Of a stretch of DNA of 64,000 bases, positions 48,377 to 57,504 are shown piece by piece. How positions within the stretch are numbered: position 1 is the first letter of the stretch; the number at the start of each line of letters is the position of its first letter. The stretch lies in IMG/VR virus record IMGVR_UViG_3300027861_000002; one strand, 5' to 3'. The position numbers and the translations under genes were made by a program. The notes beneath the pieces were generated by a model. The model ran no database searches and was not told where the DNA came from. It saw only the letters and a program-made list of their open reading frames with translations. Source of the DNA: an uncultured virus (IMG/VR IMGVR_UViG_3300027861_000002). Taxonomy: Duplodnaviria > Heunggongvirae > Uroviricota > Caudoviricetes > Schitoviridae.

Positions 48377-49840
48377 TTATCCTAATAAATTAGGTTTATT
48401 AATCTTTGGTGCATACTGGCTTAGAAAGTCTTGTTGTCCTTGTAAGCCTCCTGTAGTAGGAAGTAGACCTAATCTACCTGCAAGATACCTATTCTTATCA
48501 GCAACATTTCTGGCGTATGAATCGTGTTGTAAATTTATATTATTCTGAGCTTGTTGTTTCTGTAAACCGAACTTCTCTTGGTTCAGTTTATGGGCATCTC
48601 TTGCAACCTTACCTTGTTGGTATGCACCATATCCACTAAATAACTTACCAATACCTTCAATGTTATCTCCTAAAAATCCAGCACCAGATTTAAGACTATT
48701 GAATGCACCACCGAAACCAAAGTTACCATCACCGATGCCTTTATTAGCATTTGTAGCAGCAGAATTAGTAAATAAATCACCAAATAAGGAAGAAGAACTC
48801 TGATCTCCCCCTGGATTTTGACTTGCAAACCCGTACCCGCCTAAACCTGTACCAAGTTGGTTCCTACTTGCATCTGCAATTGTACCTGTACCACCATTAC
48901 TACTGTATAAATCACTATTAGTATCAGACACAGTATTACTCCCAAATCCAAAAATATTCCCAGTAAGTGGATTTGCTCCAGATTGTGGTTTAATACCTGC
49001 ACCTGCAAAAAATCCTGGAACTGCATTAGAAGTTTGTGAACTAGGTATACTTGCTACAGGTTTAGTTAAACTAGATATTTGTAATGGACCAGGATTTCGC
49101 AAATCAAAAGCACTCTCTTGTGCATTTTGTAACTCTTTTGATCTAAATAACTCTGCATTTTGCTTATTTTTTATTACAGCTTTAGGATTATATAATGTTG
49201 CATTTTTAGATTGTTCAAATCTAGCTGCATCAGCATCTAATGGATGTAATGAATTAGTATTACTGGGTATTTGAGGTAAAAAAGGAGTTACTTCAGGATT
49301 CTTTTTAAGTCGAGTAATATTATCAGTTCCTGCTTGTATACCTTGATTTACAAGTAATTGTTGTTCCGCAGGTAAATTATTTATCTTAGATATAGCTTGC
49401 ACAGGATCAGTTTCATATTGTCTAATTAAAGAAGACAGTTCTCCATCAGAAGCTTGACTAACTTCAGTACTACCTGCACTAGGTGGTAATGTTGCTGTAG
49501 GTGAATTAACTATAGGGGCACTATTAGATTTAGGAGACTGCAAAAGTTTAGGTGGATTGCTTTTATAAATTTCACCATGTATTTTAGAATATTTATTAAC
49601 ATCAGGGCCACTATTTATACTAAAAGAAATATCTGCTTGCTTTTTTTTAGACAAAAACTGTCGATACGGGTTAGTATTACCTGGATTAATCTGATTATGT
49701 ACCATAAATTTAATTTCATTAGCTGTTAACTGCTCAGCTTCTGGTAATGTCTTATTTTGTTTGATGTGTTCCTGAGCAACTTTCTCAACTTGAGTAGCTC
49801 TAGCCCTATTAAGTTTTAACCTATCTTTTGTAGCAGACAT
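48377..49840 (-). CDS. Putative internal virion/ejection protein (N4 gp52-like C-terminus)
   Basis: Gly/Ser-rich low complexity, GIGKLFSGYGAYQQGKVAR amphipathic segment. Confidence 0.6.
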   Translation of the reverse strand: MSATKDRLKLNRARATQVEKVAQEHIKQNKTLPEAEQLTANEIKFMVHNQINPGNTNPYRQFLSKKKQADISFSINSGPDVNKYSKIHGEIYKSNPPKLLQSPKSNSAPIVNSPTATLPPSAGSTEVSQASDGELSSLIRQYETDPVQAISKINNLPAEQQLLVNQGIQAGTDNITRLKKNPEVTPFLPQIPSNTNSLHPLDADAARFEQSKNATLYNPKAVIKNKQNAELFRSKELQNAQESAFDLRNPGPLQISSLTKPVASIPSSQTSNAVPGFFAGAGIKPQSGANPLTGNIFGFGSNTVSDTNSDLYSSNGGTGTIADASRNQLGTGLGGYGFASQNPGGDQSSSSLFGDLFTNSAATNANKGIGDGNFGFGGAFNSLKSGAGFLGDNIEGIGKLFSGYGAYQQGKVARDAHKLNQEKFGLQKQQAQNNINLQHDSYARNVADKNRYLAGRLGLLPTTGGLQGQQDFLSQYAPKINKPNLLG

Positions 49841-49921
49841 CTAAATCACCTCAATGTTTAATTTTTAAAATTAAAGGTACTATCTTTAATTAATAATATC
49901 TAAAAGTATAGCACCTTATCT

Positions 49922-52252
49922 TCATGCAATGCTATCGAATGCTGGTGTGAACAATTCAAGCTTTAAAGCACTAGAATGATAACTACTTATTTGATCATTG
50001 GTTGCTACAGCAGGATTAGTTGTATGGACTGTTCTAGAGAAGAAATCACTAGGAGATTCATTATGTGAGCTATCCTTAGTCATTTTATCAATATCTAGGA
50101 TATCAAACTCTTTATTATTTAATCCATCAGCAGCTTCTTGAATCTTCTCTAACTCAGTATTATACAGGTCATTGAAGTCTTCTTGCTCTTGTCTCAATAG
50201 GTCAGCTTGGTATGCTGTAATTGAATTAAACCCATCAACAATTGTCTGTACAACTTCTAAGAATAAATTTGCAGTAGCAAGATCAAGACTTAAAGAGAAA
50301 CTACTACTACCCTTAGATCCAAGAAATGTTGCTATTACATAGAATGCTATAGCAATATTCTGTTTAGATTTATCGTCACCAGCTTTTTCCATTAACTTAC
50401 GGAAAATAGTCTTGATTGCATAATTAACCAAATACTGCTTAAGCATCTCCCAAAGAATTAACCGAACTAATATATGTACTGCAAATACATACGCACCAGC
50501 AGCTAATGCAGACACGAATGCTGATGTTGCAGCACCAGAGGCACCACTAGTAAATACAGAAAGAACGAGACCAACAATAAGGATGACAGCACTAAGGAGT
50601 GATACAAACCCAGATGTTTGATAATACCTTAAATGAGTTACACTCTGAGCATAGTTAACTAAAACTAGTGCCTCTATGAGTAAAGTTGTTCTATCATTTG
50701 ATGTGTAATCCTCTAGCATTAAATAAGGTACAGGGAATATGAAGTTAGACATAGCTTCTGCATCACTACTTATTTCAAGTACAGCAGTGTAGAAAGAACC
50801 AGAATCACCTGTATCAATAATTATTGTTTGATGTAATCCATAAACAATAACCTCTCTATAATTAGAAGCATCAGTTTGATATTGAACAGTAACATAACTG
50901 TTAATACCACCATATTGACCTAGGCCTAAATCATATGGATCATTTGCAAGCACAGTAGCAACATTCGTGTATTCACCTACATCAGCTATAACACCTACAT
51001 GGTCAGTAATTGTCATATAACTAAATACAATTGCAGCATTATAATTCTGTTCATCTAACTTAATTATATTAAATGATTTACTTATATCAGGTGAATTAGT
51101 GTATTGGATCTCATCAACAATAGCATTTGAATTAAAATTAATGAACAAGTCATAGAGGAACTTCATCCCTACTTGGGATTGAGTATATAGATTTATTCCA
51201 AATAAAATAAATGAATCTTTAATACTATCAATATCTGAATTTGAATCTATAGCACCAACAATATCATCTAAATTTAATGGTATTTTATTTAGTAGCTCTT
51301 TACTGGTTATATACTCTGGATCACTAGAATCTGTGTCTAAACTAATAAAGTCTTTTCTAAGAGGAATTATTGGCAATAACTTAGTTAAATCACTAGTAAC
51401 ACTTTCAACATTTGGATCTAGATCAGGGTAAGTTCCAGAAGCTACTTCATAATACCAGACGAATCTTACACTTGGTGCTGAATCTTTATAGTAAACAACT
51501 CGATACCAATTTCCTTCTGGATTTGTAGAATAACTAAGTCTGTGGTTAACAATAAGAGGAGAAAGTCCTGTATCAATAGTTACACCATCTAGTTCAAGGT
51601 GGTCGAGTGTAGTTATCCAATTACCTAATTCAACATCTGTATCTCTAAATAACAAAATATTTAAATCTGGATCAGCTGCAGTATCAACAATATTTTGAGT
51701 TGAGTACTGATACTCAGTCGACCCAGTATTAAAAATATTAGTCAAATCCCACTGAGCAAATTCTTCTAGGTCAGGAACTCCAAGAGTCATTTCAAGAACT
51801 GTAACTGGTTCTCCTAAAATACTCTCAAGGACATCCTCAGCAACTGGTACTAAGGTGGTTCTCCAGCTAGTACTAATAGTAGGTATTCCATGCGTATAGG
51901 TTGTATTACCATACTCAATATATTTATTTATACTGGTGCTAATACTTGATACAAATGTAATGACAATTTCATCACCAACATCTGTGCCTGTATGGAGTGC
52001 GTTTAAAACAGCAATTTTACCTAAGGAATCAGGAGCTTCTGTGAATATCTGTGTAGTTAATACTTCAGTAGCAAAGACATCTTCATCTTCAAATCCAAGA
52101 ACATTAAATGTTTCTTCAATAATTTTCTTACCAATACCATTCCAAACAGTAAGAGTAATAGATTCTACAAATCTAAATTGCTCTTCAGCAAAATCAACAA
52201 TATCATCAAAAGCATCTTTAACTAATTCCTTAACTGAATCTTCACAACCCAT
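49922..52252 (-). CDS. N4 gp53-like structural protein with hydrophobic segment
   Basis: 776 aa; PIIPLR, YYQTSGF followed by a TM stretch, ESPSDFFSRTVH. Confidence 0.75.
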   Translation of the reverse strand: MGCEDSVKELVKDAFDDIVDFAEEQFRFVESITLTVWNGIGKKIIEETFNVLGFEDEDVFATEVLTTQIFTEAPDSLGKIAVLNALHTGTDVGDEIVITFVSSISTSINKYIEYGNTTYTHGIPTISTSWRTTLVPVAEDVLESILGEPVTVLEMTLGVPDLEEFAQWDLTNIFNTGSTEYQYSTQNIVDTAADPDLNILLFRDTDVELGNWITTLDHLELDGVTIDTGLSPLIVNHRLSYSTNPEGNWYRVVYYKDSAPSVRFVWYYEVASGTYPDLDPNVESVTSDLTKLLPIIPLRKDFISLDTDSSDPEYITSKELLNKIPLNLDDIVGAIDSNSDIDSIKDSFILFGINLYTQSQVGMKFLYDLFINFNSNAIVDEIQYTNSPDISKSFNIIKLDEQNYNAAIVFSYMTITDHVGVIADVGEYTNVATVLANDPYDLGLGQYGGINSYVTVQYQTDASNYREVIVYGLHQTIIIDTGDSGSFYTAVLEISSDAEAMSNFIFPVPYLMLEDYTSNDRTTLLIEALVLVNYAQSVTHLRYYQTSGFVSLLSAVILIVGLVLSVFTSGASGAATSAFVSALAAGAYVFAVHILVRLILWEMLKQYLVNYAIKTIFRKLMEKAGDDKSKQNIAIAFYVIATFLGSKGSSSFSLSLDLATANLFLEVVQTIVDGFNSITAYQADLLRQEQEDFNDLYNTELEKIQEAADGLNNKEFDILDIDKMTKDSSHNESPSDFFSRTVHTTNPAVATNDQISSYHSSALKLELFTPAFDSIA

Positions 52253-52253
52253 T

Positions 52254-52673
52254 TTAATACCTCGGAATTAATCTGATTGAATCAACCTTACCTAATTTCC
52301 ATCTACGGATGGATTTACTACAGCAGAAATCTTGGTATTCAGCACATGAAATACTCTTAGGAATAAACCGTGTACTAAGGTTTAGTTCAGATATGTACTT
52401 CAGGAGCAAATTAAGCCCCTCTGAGGGACTTTCTTCATAAAAAAGTGTATTTATGCGTAATGAATATCTTGTAGGCTTCAATGCATAAAAATAAGCTAAG
52501 ACATCTTTACCTAGAACCACTTGCTTACAAATGCCAGTAGATAAGGATTCTTTCATTAATTGATAGTGAGCTTCTTTCTCTAAGTCAGAGATTTCTAAAT
52601 CAGAAATTATCCAAGAGAAATATTGATCAAAGTGTTCATCAATATTCTCTGGATTAATCGATTGAATATTCAC
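52254..52673 (-). CDS. Hypothetical protein
   Basis: 139 aa, coupled to neighbours. Confidence 0.6.
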   Translation of the reverse strand: MNIQSINPENIDEHFDQYFSWIISDLEISDLEKEAHYQLMKESLSTGICKQVVLGKDVLAYFYALKPTRYSLRINTLFYEESPSEGLNLLLKYISELNLSTRFIPKSISCAEYQDFCCSKSIRRWKLGKVDSIRLIPRY

Positions 52674-53272
52674 TAAGGTAATACAACCCCAATACCTGCA
52701 CCTGCTTTAGTAGCAACAGTATCAATAGGTGTATCCGCAAAAGTAGGAGGAGGAGTCTGTGAAGTACTTGCAGATATGCCCCATAATTGAGTCATAATAC
52801 TAAGCAACTTCTGTTCAGCATCCCTATCATACCCATCCTTTTGTTTATCATACAGATCATTCTTCTTACCTACAGATCCAACAACAAGATTACCATCTAC
52901 AGTATCTAATATTTGAGCTTGCTCAGTAAACTTCTTTTGGGTAAGTAAATCTGTTTCTGCAGTAGTTTTAAGTGTTTGCTGTACAGCAGTAAGTATATTC
53001 TGATCAACTACATCTTCATCCTTAGCCACTTTAGATGCTTGAGCAGCAATTAGATCTGCTTGCTTATCTGCCTGTTGTTCACCTAATACAAACTGTATCG
53101 ATTGAGAAATAGCAGATTGCATAGCACCTAGATAAACAGTTGCATAGTCAGAACCTTTAATTCTACCAGCATCATATTGCCCATTTATCCTAGTTTCTAT
53201 AGCACACATCAATTCATCAAATACACCAGTATTGTCATTACTAGTTATATCAGATATTTGAATATTACTCAT
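52673..53272 (-). CDS. N4 gp54-like structural protein
   Basis: GVFDELM...GRIKGSDYATVYLG...GSVGKKNDLY...RDAEQK. Confidence 0.8.
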   Translation of the reverse strand: MSNIQISDITSNDNTGVFDELMCAIETRINGQYDAGRIKGSDYATVYLGAMQSAISQSIQFVLGEQQADKQADLIAAQASKVAKDEDVVDQNILTAVQQTLKTTAETDLLTQKKFTEQAQILDTVDGNLVVGSVGKKNDLYDKQKDGYDRDAEQKLLSIMTQLWGISASTSQTPPPTFADTPIDTVATKAGAGIGVVLP

Positions 53273-53876
53273 TTGAAGTCCCTTCAGCCATAGCTTGCCT
53301 TTGTGCTAAGTCTTTCAATTCTTGTTTAGTTAATGGAGGTAAAACTTCCATAGCAAACTCATTAATAAGTTTAGCTTTTCTAATCTTCTCTCCTCTAGCA
53401 CCTTGAACAGTTTGAAATACAGAACATTTACGTTCTTTTAATGCCTGATACATCATTACAGGCATATGCCAGGGTTGGTCACTATTAAAAGGTATAAATT
53501 TCTTATACGTACCTAATTTAGCAGACCCAACTGAAACAATTTCACCTTGCCAACTAGTTTTATTTGGATTCATACAAGTAATCCTAACTCTAATCATTCT
53601 ACCTGCATTTGCTTTATCTCGTTTACGTTTATCTGCTTTATATTCAGTTTGAGTCATGTAAAACTTTTCATGAGTTTTACTGTTAGATTCATTATGATGT
53701 TTAGTAGCATCATTCACCTCATCACTTCCTAATTTTAAATCAATCTTAGCCGCAAGTTTAGCTACACCAATATTAGCGTTATAACTAATACCTAACATGT
53801 TTGCTCTTGCTTTAAGATTATCTAATTCACTAGGGACTTCTGCTTGACTTATATTGTCAGTTTTTGTTGTTGTCAT
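53265..53876 (-). CDS. N4 gp55-like protein
   Basis: LKARANMLGISY, RVRITCMNPNK..WQGEI, EVLPPLT..EL..LA. Confidence 0.8.
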   Translation of the reverse strand: MTTTKTDNISQAEVPSELDNLKARANMLGISYNANIGVAKLAAKIDLKLGSDEVNDATKHHNESNSKTHEKFYMTQTEYKADKRKRDKANAGRMIRVRITCMNPNKTSWQGEIVSVGSAKLGTYKKFIPFNSDQPWHMPVMMYQALKERKCSVFQTVQGARGEKIRKAKLINEFAMEVLPPLTKQELKDLAQRQAMAEGTSNE

Positions 53877-53915
53877 TTTATTAACTACCTATATCTTTTT
53901 GAGGGTATGATACCC

Positions 53916-54316
53916 CTATTTATTTAAGTTTGGATCAGTAGCATGTTGCCACTTAAATCCGCCTGCATGATTAAGTTTACCCGAACAAACTCTAGAAAGA
54001 CTCCCACTATTAATACCTAAAGTAGAGACTATTTCTTTAGCATTATCCCATAACTTAATAATTTCTCCTGTATCCTTATCAATTTGCTGTATAGATATGT
54101 TTACTGTATTTAATTTACCTAACATAAGTTCCTTAGTTAAATTAATTTCTGAATCATGTCTAGCCCACCTAAATCCTTTAAATGGTTTCATTAATTTATG
54201 CGCCCTATTCATACCACCATGATTAAGTACTTGGTGTTAGTACACCGATACATCATCAAATACCAAATTTTATACAAAGGATGTTCACTTAAATTTTTCG
54301 ATACTGATATTTTCAT
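53916..54316 (-). pseudogene. Decayed free-standing HNH/NUMOD1 homing endonuclease (two fragments)
   Basis: 54316-54209 encodes MKISVSKNLSEHPLYKIWYLMMYRCTN.. (HNH N-terminus); 54212-53916 encodes a NUMOD1-like domain (QQIDKDTGEIIKLW...SRVCSGKLNHAGGFKW); nuclease core missing. Confidence 0.65.
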
Positions 54317-54355
54317 AAAAAACTACCTCTCTAATGGGTTACATAAAGAGGTAGC
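54317..54355 (-). terminator. Terminator after the major capsid gene
   Basis: On the - strand GCTACCTCT...AGAGGTAGT followed by a T tract. Confidence 0.65.
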
Positions 54356-54398
54356 ATATCGCTATGCAGATTTTATTTCAAGCTCTGCAACTGTCTGG

Positions 54399-55961
54399 TC
54401 ACCATTCAGCAATAGTTTTGATCAAAGCAATACGTTCTGGACGTAAAGCTAGGAAACCAAAGTACCACTTAATAGACATAAAACCTGTTTCGCCATAAGG
54501 ATCATCTGAAGAATGATTATTCTCTGGCTTAACATGTTTGATTTTGAACTTAACAGTCTTACCATTGGTTTGAAAACCAATAGTAGCAAATGACTCACTG
54601 CCAACAGATAACATTGGGAATACGTCATAGTTCAAAGTAGCACCATCAGCAGTAGTTGAATATCTGTAGTTTGTTGTTGCTTCTACAGCATCAGCAATTT
54701 CTGCACCTACAGCGTTCCAATGCATCATTTCTGGAACAACAATGAATCTCCAGTTATCGATAGCACCAATCTCACCACGTGCAACATTACCTGCAGAAGC
54801 ATACTGGGCAACTGGAATAAATGCTTTATTGTCATGATAATCAGTCATACGCATAACAGTAGGAATCAATTCAGAACCAATATACATATACCTGGCAGCG
54901 TTAACTACTTTAGTATCTGTCATTCTAGAACCAGCAATGATCTTAGTATTTTTAGGAGATCTATTCTGATCTAATTCAATACCTAATTTAACTAAATCAT
55001 CGTAGTCTACTGCATCATTAGTATTACCTGAAGCAAATGGATTAGTTACATCATCACCTTGCAAAGTAGTGGTACTTGTAGCCGAGCCAGTATAACGAAT
55101 TACACCAGCAGCATTTAACAATTCAATCTGAAGTTGATCTTCAGTCAATTCATTAGCAGCTTTAACCATTTCCTGAGTCATATGAGACATCAATTCAGAA
55201 TCGGTATCAAAGTCTAGAGATTCTTGAGAATACTCATCAAAGAAACCAAACTTCTCTAGAGAACCTGAGATATCAATACGCTTCATACCAACTCTATTAA
55301 CACGACCACCAGTTTCAGAAAGAGCTGGAAGTTTAGCAGTAATAGTACTTACATCTTTAGATGATCCATAGAAATTACCATATAGAGAGGTATCACTACC
55401 TGCAATAGCGGTAACAGTATAATCAGGGGATGCAGTAGTATTCAAAGCATCTGCAGAAGCATCAACTAATTCAACATATGCAGCAGCAATATCAGCAGCA
55501 GTAGAAGTACTATCAATATCTTGAGAAGTGGTATACCCCTTAAAATATGCCCAAGCTACAACTTTACCCTTGGCTTCAGCAAGTGCTGCAGCATCACTAG
55601 TAACATTATGTGCTACAAAGTATTTAGTTTGTGAAGCAGGCTGCCCCGTCTCTAATACAGAAACAGCTGCAGTAAAGGGATGAGTTACGTCACCTGTAAC
55701 AGTACCAGCAGAAGCTAATGCACCTTCAGCATCAATACCTTGATCATTAACATTACGATCATCAAGAACTGGAAGATAGTGATATTGCTTAATGGTTTTA
55801 CCCATATTCTTAGGCATAGCTCTAGAACTAGCTAATTGACCAAAATATTGCTCTTTAGCAGCTTCAACTAAAGCTTTCTTGTAATAATAATCAGTACGAT
55901 ACTGAGTTCCGATATCTGAATTAGATCCAGTACCGTAAAGTTGTGATGTTGCAGTAGTCAT
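54399..55961 (-). CDS. Major capsid protein (N4 gp56-like) with a large insertion
   Basis: MPKNMGKTIK..YLPVLDDRNVNDQGIDA, GNFYGSSKD, LSETGGRVNRVG, DPYGETGF.SIKWY. Confidence 0.93.
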   Translation of the reverse strand: MTTATSQLYGTGSNSDIGTQYRTDYYYKKALVEAAKEQYFGQLASSRAMPKNMGKTIKQYHYLPVLDDRNVNDQGIDAEGALASAGTVTGDVTHPFTAAVSVLETGQPASQTKYFVAHNVTSDAAALAEAKGKVVAWAYFKGYTTSQDIDSTSTAADIAAAYVELVDASADALNTTASPDYTVTAIAGSDTSLYGNFYGSSKDVSTITAKLPALSETGGRVNRVGMKRIDISGSLEKFGFFDEYSQESLDFDTDSELMSHMTQEMVKAANELTEDQLQIELLNAAGVIRYTGSATSTTTLQGDDVTNPFASGNTNDAVDYDDLVKLGIELDQNRSPKNTKIIAGSRMTDTKVVNAARYMYIGSELIPTVMRMTDYHDNKAFIPVAQYASAGNVARGEIGAIDNWRFIVVPEMMHWNAVGAEIADAVEATTNYRYSTTADGATLNYDVFPMLSVGSESFATIGFQTNGKTVKFKIKHVKPENNHSSDDPYGETGFMSIKWYFGFLALRPERIALIKTIAEW

Positions 55962-55982
55962 TTGTAATTACCTCAAATATAA

Positions 55983-57134
55983 TTAAATAAAATTTTGTTC
56001 ACTAAGTTTTTCAAATTCATCATCTGACATAGATAATGGATTCACTTTAGTAGGAGAATTCTTAGTAGTTTTAGCTCTAGTAGGACTAGCTGCTTTACGT
56101 CTACTTTCCAATTTCTTATCTAAAGTTTTCGTGGACTTAGAGTTATTCAAATTAGTATTAGTGGCAACTTCTTCTTTTGGTTGGTCATTGTTTGATGGTT
56201 GGTCAAAGTAACCTTGTTGAGTCAGTGCTTCACCTACTGCTTTATAAGCATCTATATCCGTCATTCCGTTCAATCTACCTAAAGCTCTCTCATTTTCAAC
56301 TACATCAAAGATCTGCTTATATATGCCAGATCCAACATGATCATTAATAGTTTTAATTGCTTCAGGATTTTCTAGTAAGACTTGCTTACTTTTATCATCC
56401 CACTTGTTCCCTAGTATATCTATGGTTTCATTAAAGCTAGGAGTATTTTGAATATCATTCAAAACATTGTCCAAATCTACTTCTTTGTCACCTACAGCAT
56501 AACTGTTAGGAATATACTTACTTTCTTCTTCAGTATTTATCTCTAATGGATCTATCTTACTCTCAGAAATTAATTTTGTAATTGCTTCTGGGTTCTTATT
56601 ACTCAGATCAATCAGGTAATTAAGTTTCTGCGCATCTAATAGATCATTATTTTCTAACATTTTCACTAACTTAAGATTAGGCTTTAAAGCTGCCATCTTC
56701 TTATTGTAGTTTGCTCCCATCTGCATAAGAGATATAGCATCATCAACATTGGATACATTCATTTCCCTTCCATTAGCTTTGAAAGGTGAATATAACTTCT
56801 TAACTACAGCTTCATAATCATCTTCTGCTTGAGCAGTTTCTTCCTGAGATTCCTCTTCAACTTCTTCAGTCTCAGATTCCTCTTCATTTGACTCTTCCTG
56901 TGTAGATTCCTCAGTCTCTACAGCTTCTTCTTCATCTTCTTTAGTATTGACCTCACTTTCCTCAGAAGTCTCCTCAGAAGGCTCAGAATTAGCCTCTACA
57001 GTATCTTCAGGAATATCATCTAAATTAAGTTTAGCAAACTCTTCATCAGACATATCCAATGGATTAACTTCAGGAGTTTCCTCCTCCTGAACTTCTTCCT
57101 CTAACTCTTCTTCTTGGGTATCTTCGTCACTCAT
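55983..57134 (-). CDS. N4 gp57-like acidic protein (annotated tape measure; scaffold-like)
   Basis: NPLDMSDEEF at both ends, PFKANG, LMQMGANY.KKM. Confidence 0.8.
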   Translation of the reverse strand: MSDEDTQEEELEEEVQEEETPEVNPLDMSDEEFAKLNLDDIPEDTVEANSEPSEETSEESEVNTKEDEEEAVETEESTQEESNEEESETEEVEEESQEETAQAEDDYEAVVKKLYSPFKANGREMNVSNVDDAISLMQMGANYNKKMAALKPNLKLVKMLENNDLLDAQKLNYLIDLSNKNPEAITKLISESKIDPLEINTEEESKYIPNSYAVGDKEVDLDNVLNDIQNTPSFNETIDILGNKWDDKSKQVLLENPEAIKTINDHVGSGIYKQIFDVVENERALGRLNGMTDIDAYKAVGEALTQQGYFDQPSNNDQPKEEVATNTNLNNSKSTKTLDKKLESRRKAASPTRAKTTKNSPTKVNPLSMSDDEFEKLSEQNFI

Positions 57135-57136
57135 GA

Positions 57137-57475
57137 TTAGATACCTTCATTAAGTAGGTCTTCACGAGTATTTTCATCATCAGCTAAAGTCCGCATAGCT
57201 GTGTTACCCATTTGAAAAACTGTACTTATATATTTTCTGAAACCACCAATAGCTAAAATACCATTGTCAATTTCTCTCTGTTCGTTGTCGCCTTGCATAC
57301 TAGGATCAGATTTAAGTAAAACCAATCTACTTGCTTCATCTCTAAAATAACCTTCATCTACCAAAAGAGTAAAATCTTTATTAGTTATTAATCTTTGAGC
57401 AGCTTCAAGTTTAGCAATCATACCTTTAGCTTGTTCAATACTTAATTCAATTGTTTCTAACTGTTCATTCAACAT
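57137..57475 (-). CDS. N4 gp58-like protein
   Basis: IELSIEQAK...RLITNKDF...GYFRDEASRLV; between portal and gp57. Confidence 0.75.
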   Translation of the reverse strand: MLNEQLETIELSIEQAKGMIAKLEAAQRLITNKDFTLLVDEGYFRDEASRLVLLKSDPSMQGDNEQREIDNGILAIGGFRKYISTVFQMGNTAMRTLADDENTREDLLNEGI

Positions 57476-57504
57476 TACGTGTGTCCTCTATATAGAGATA
57501 TTGC

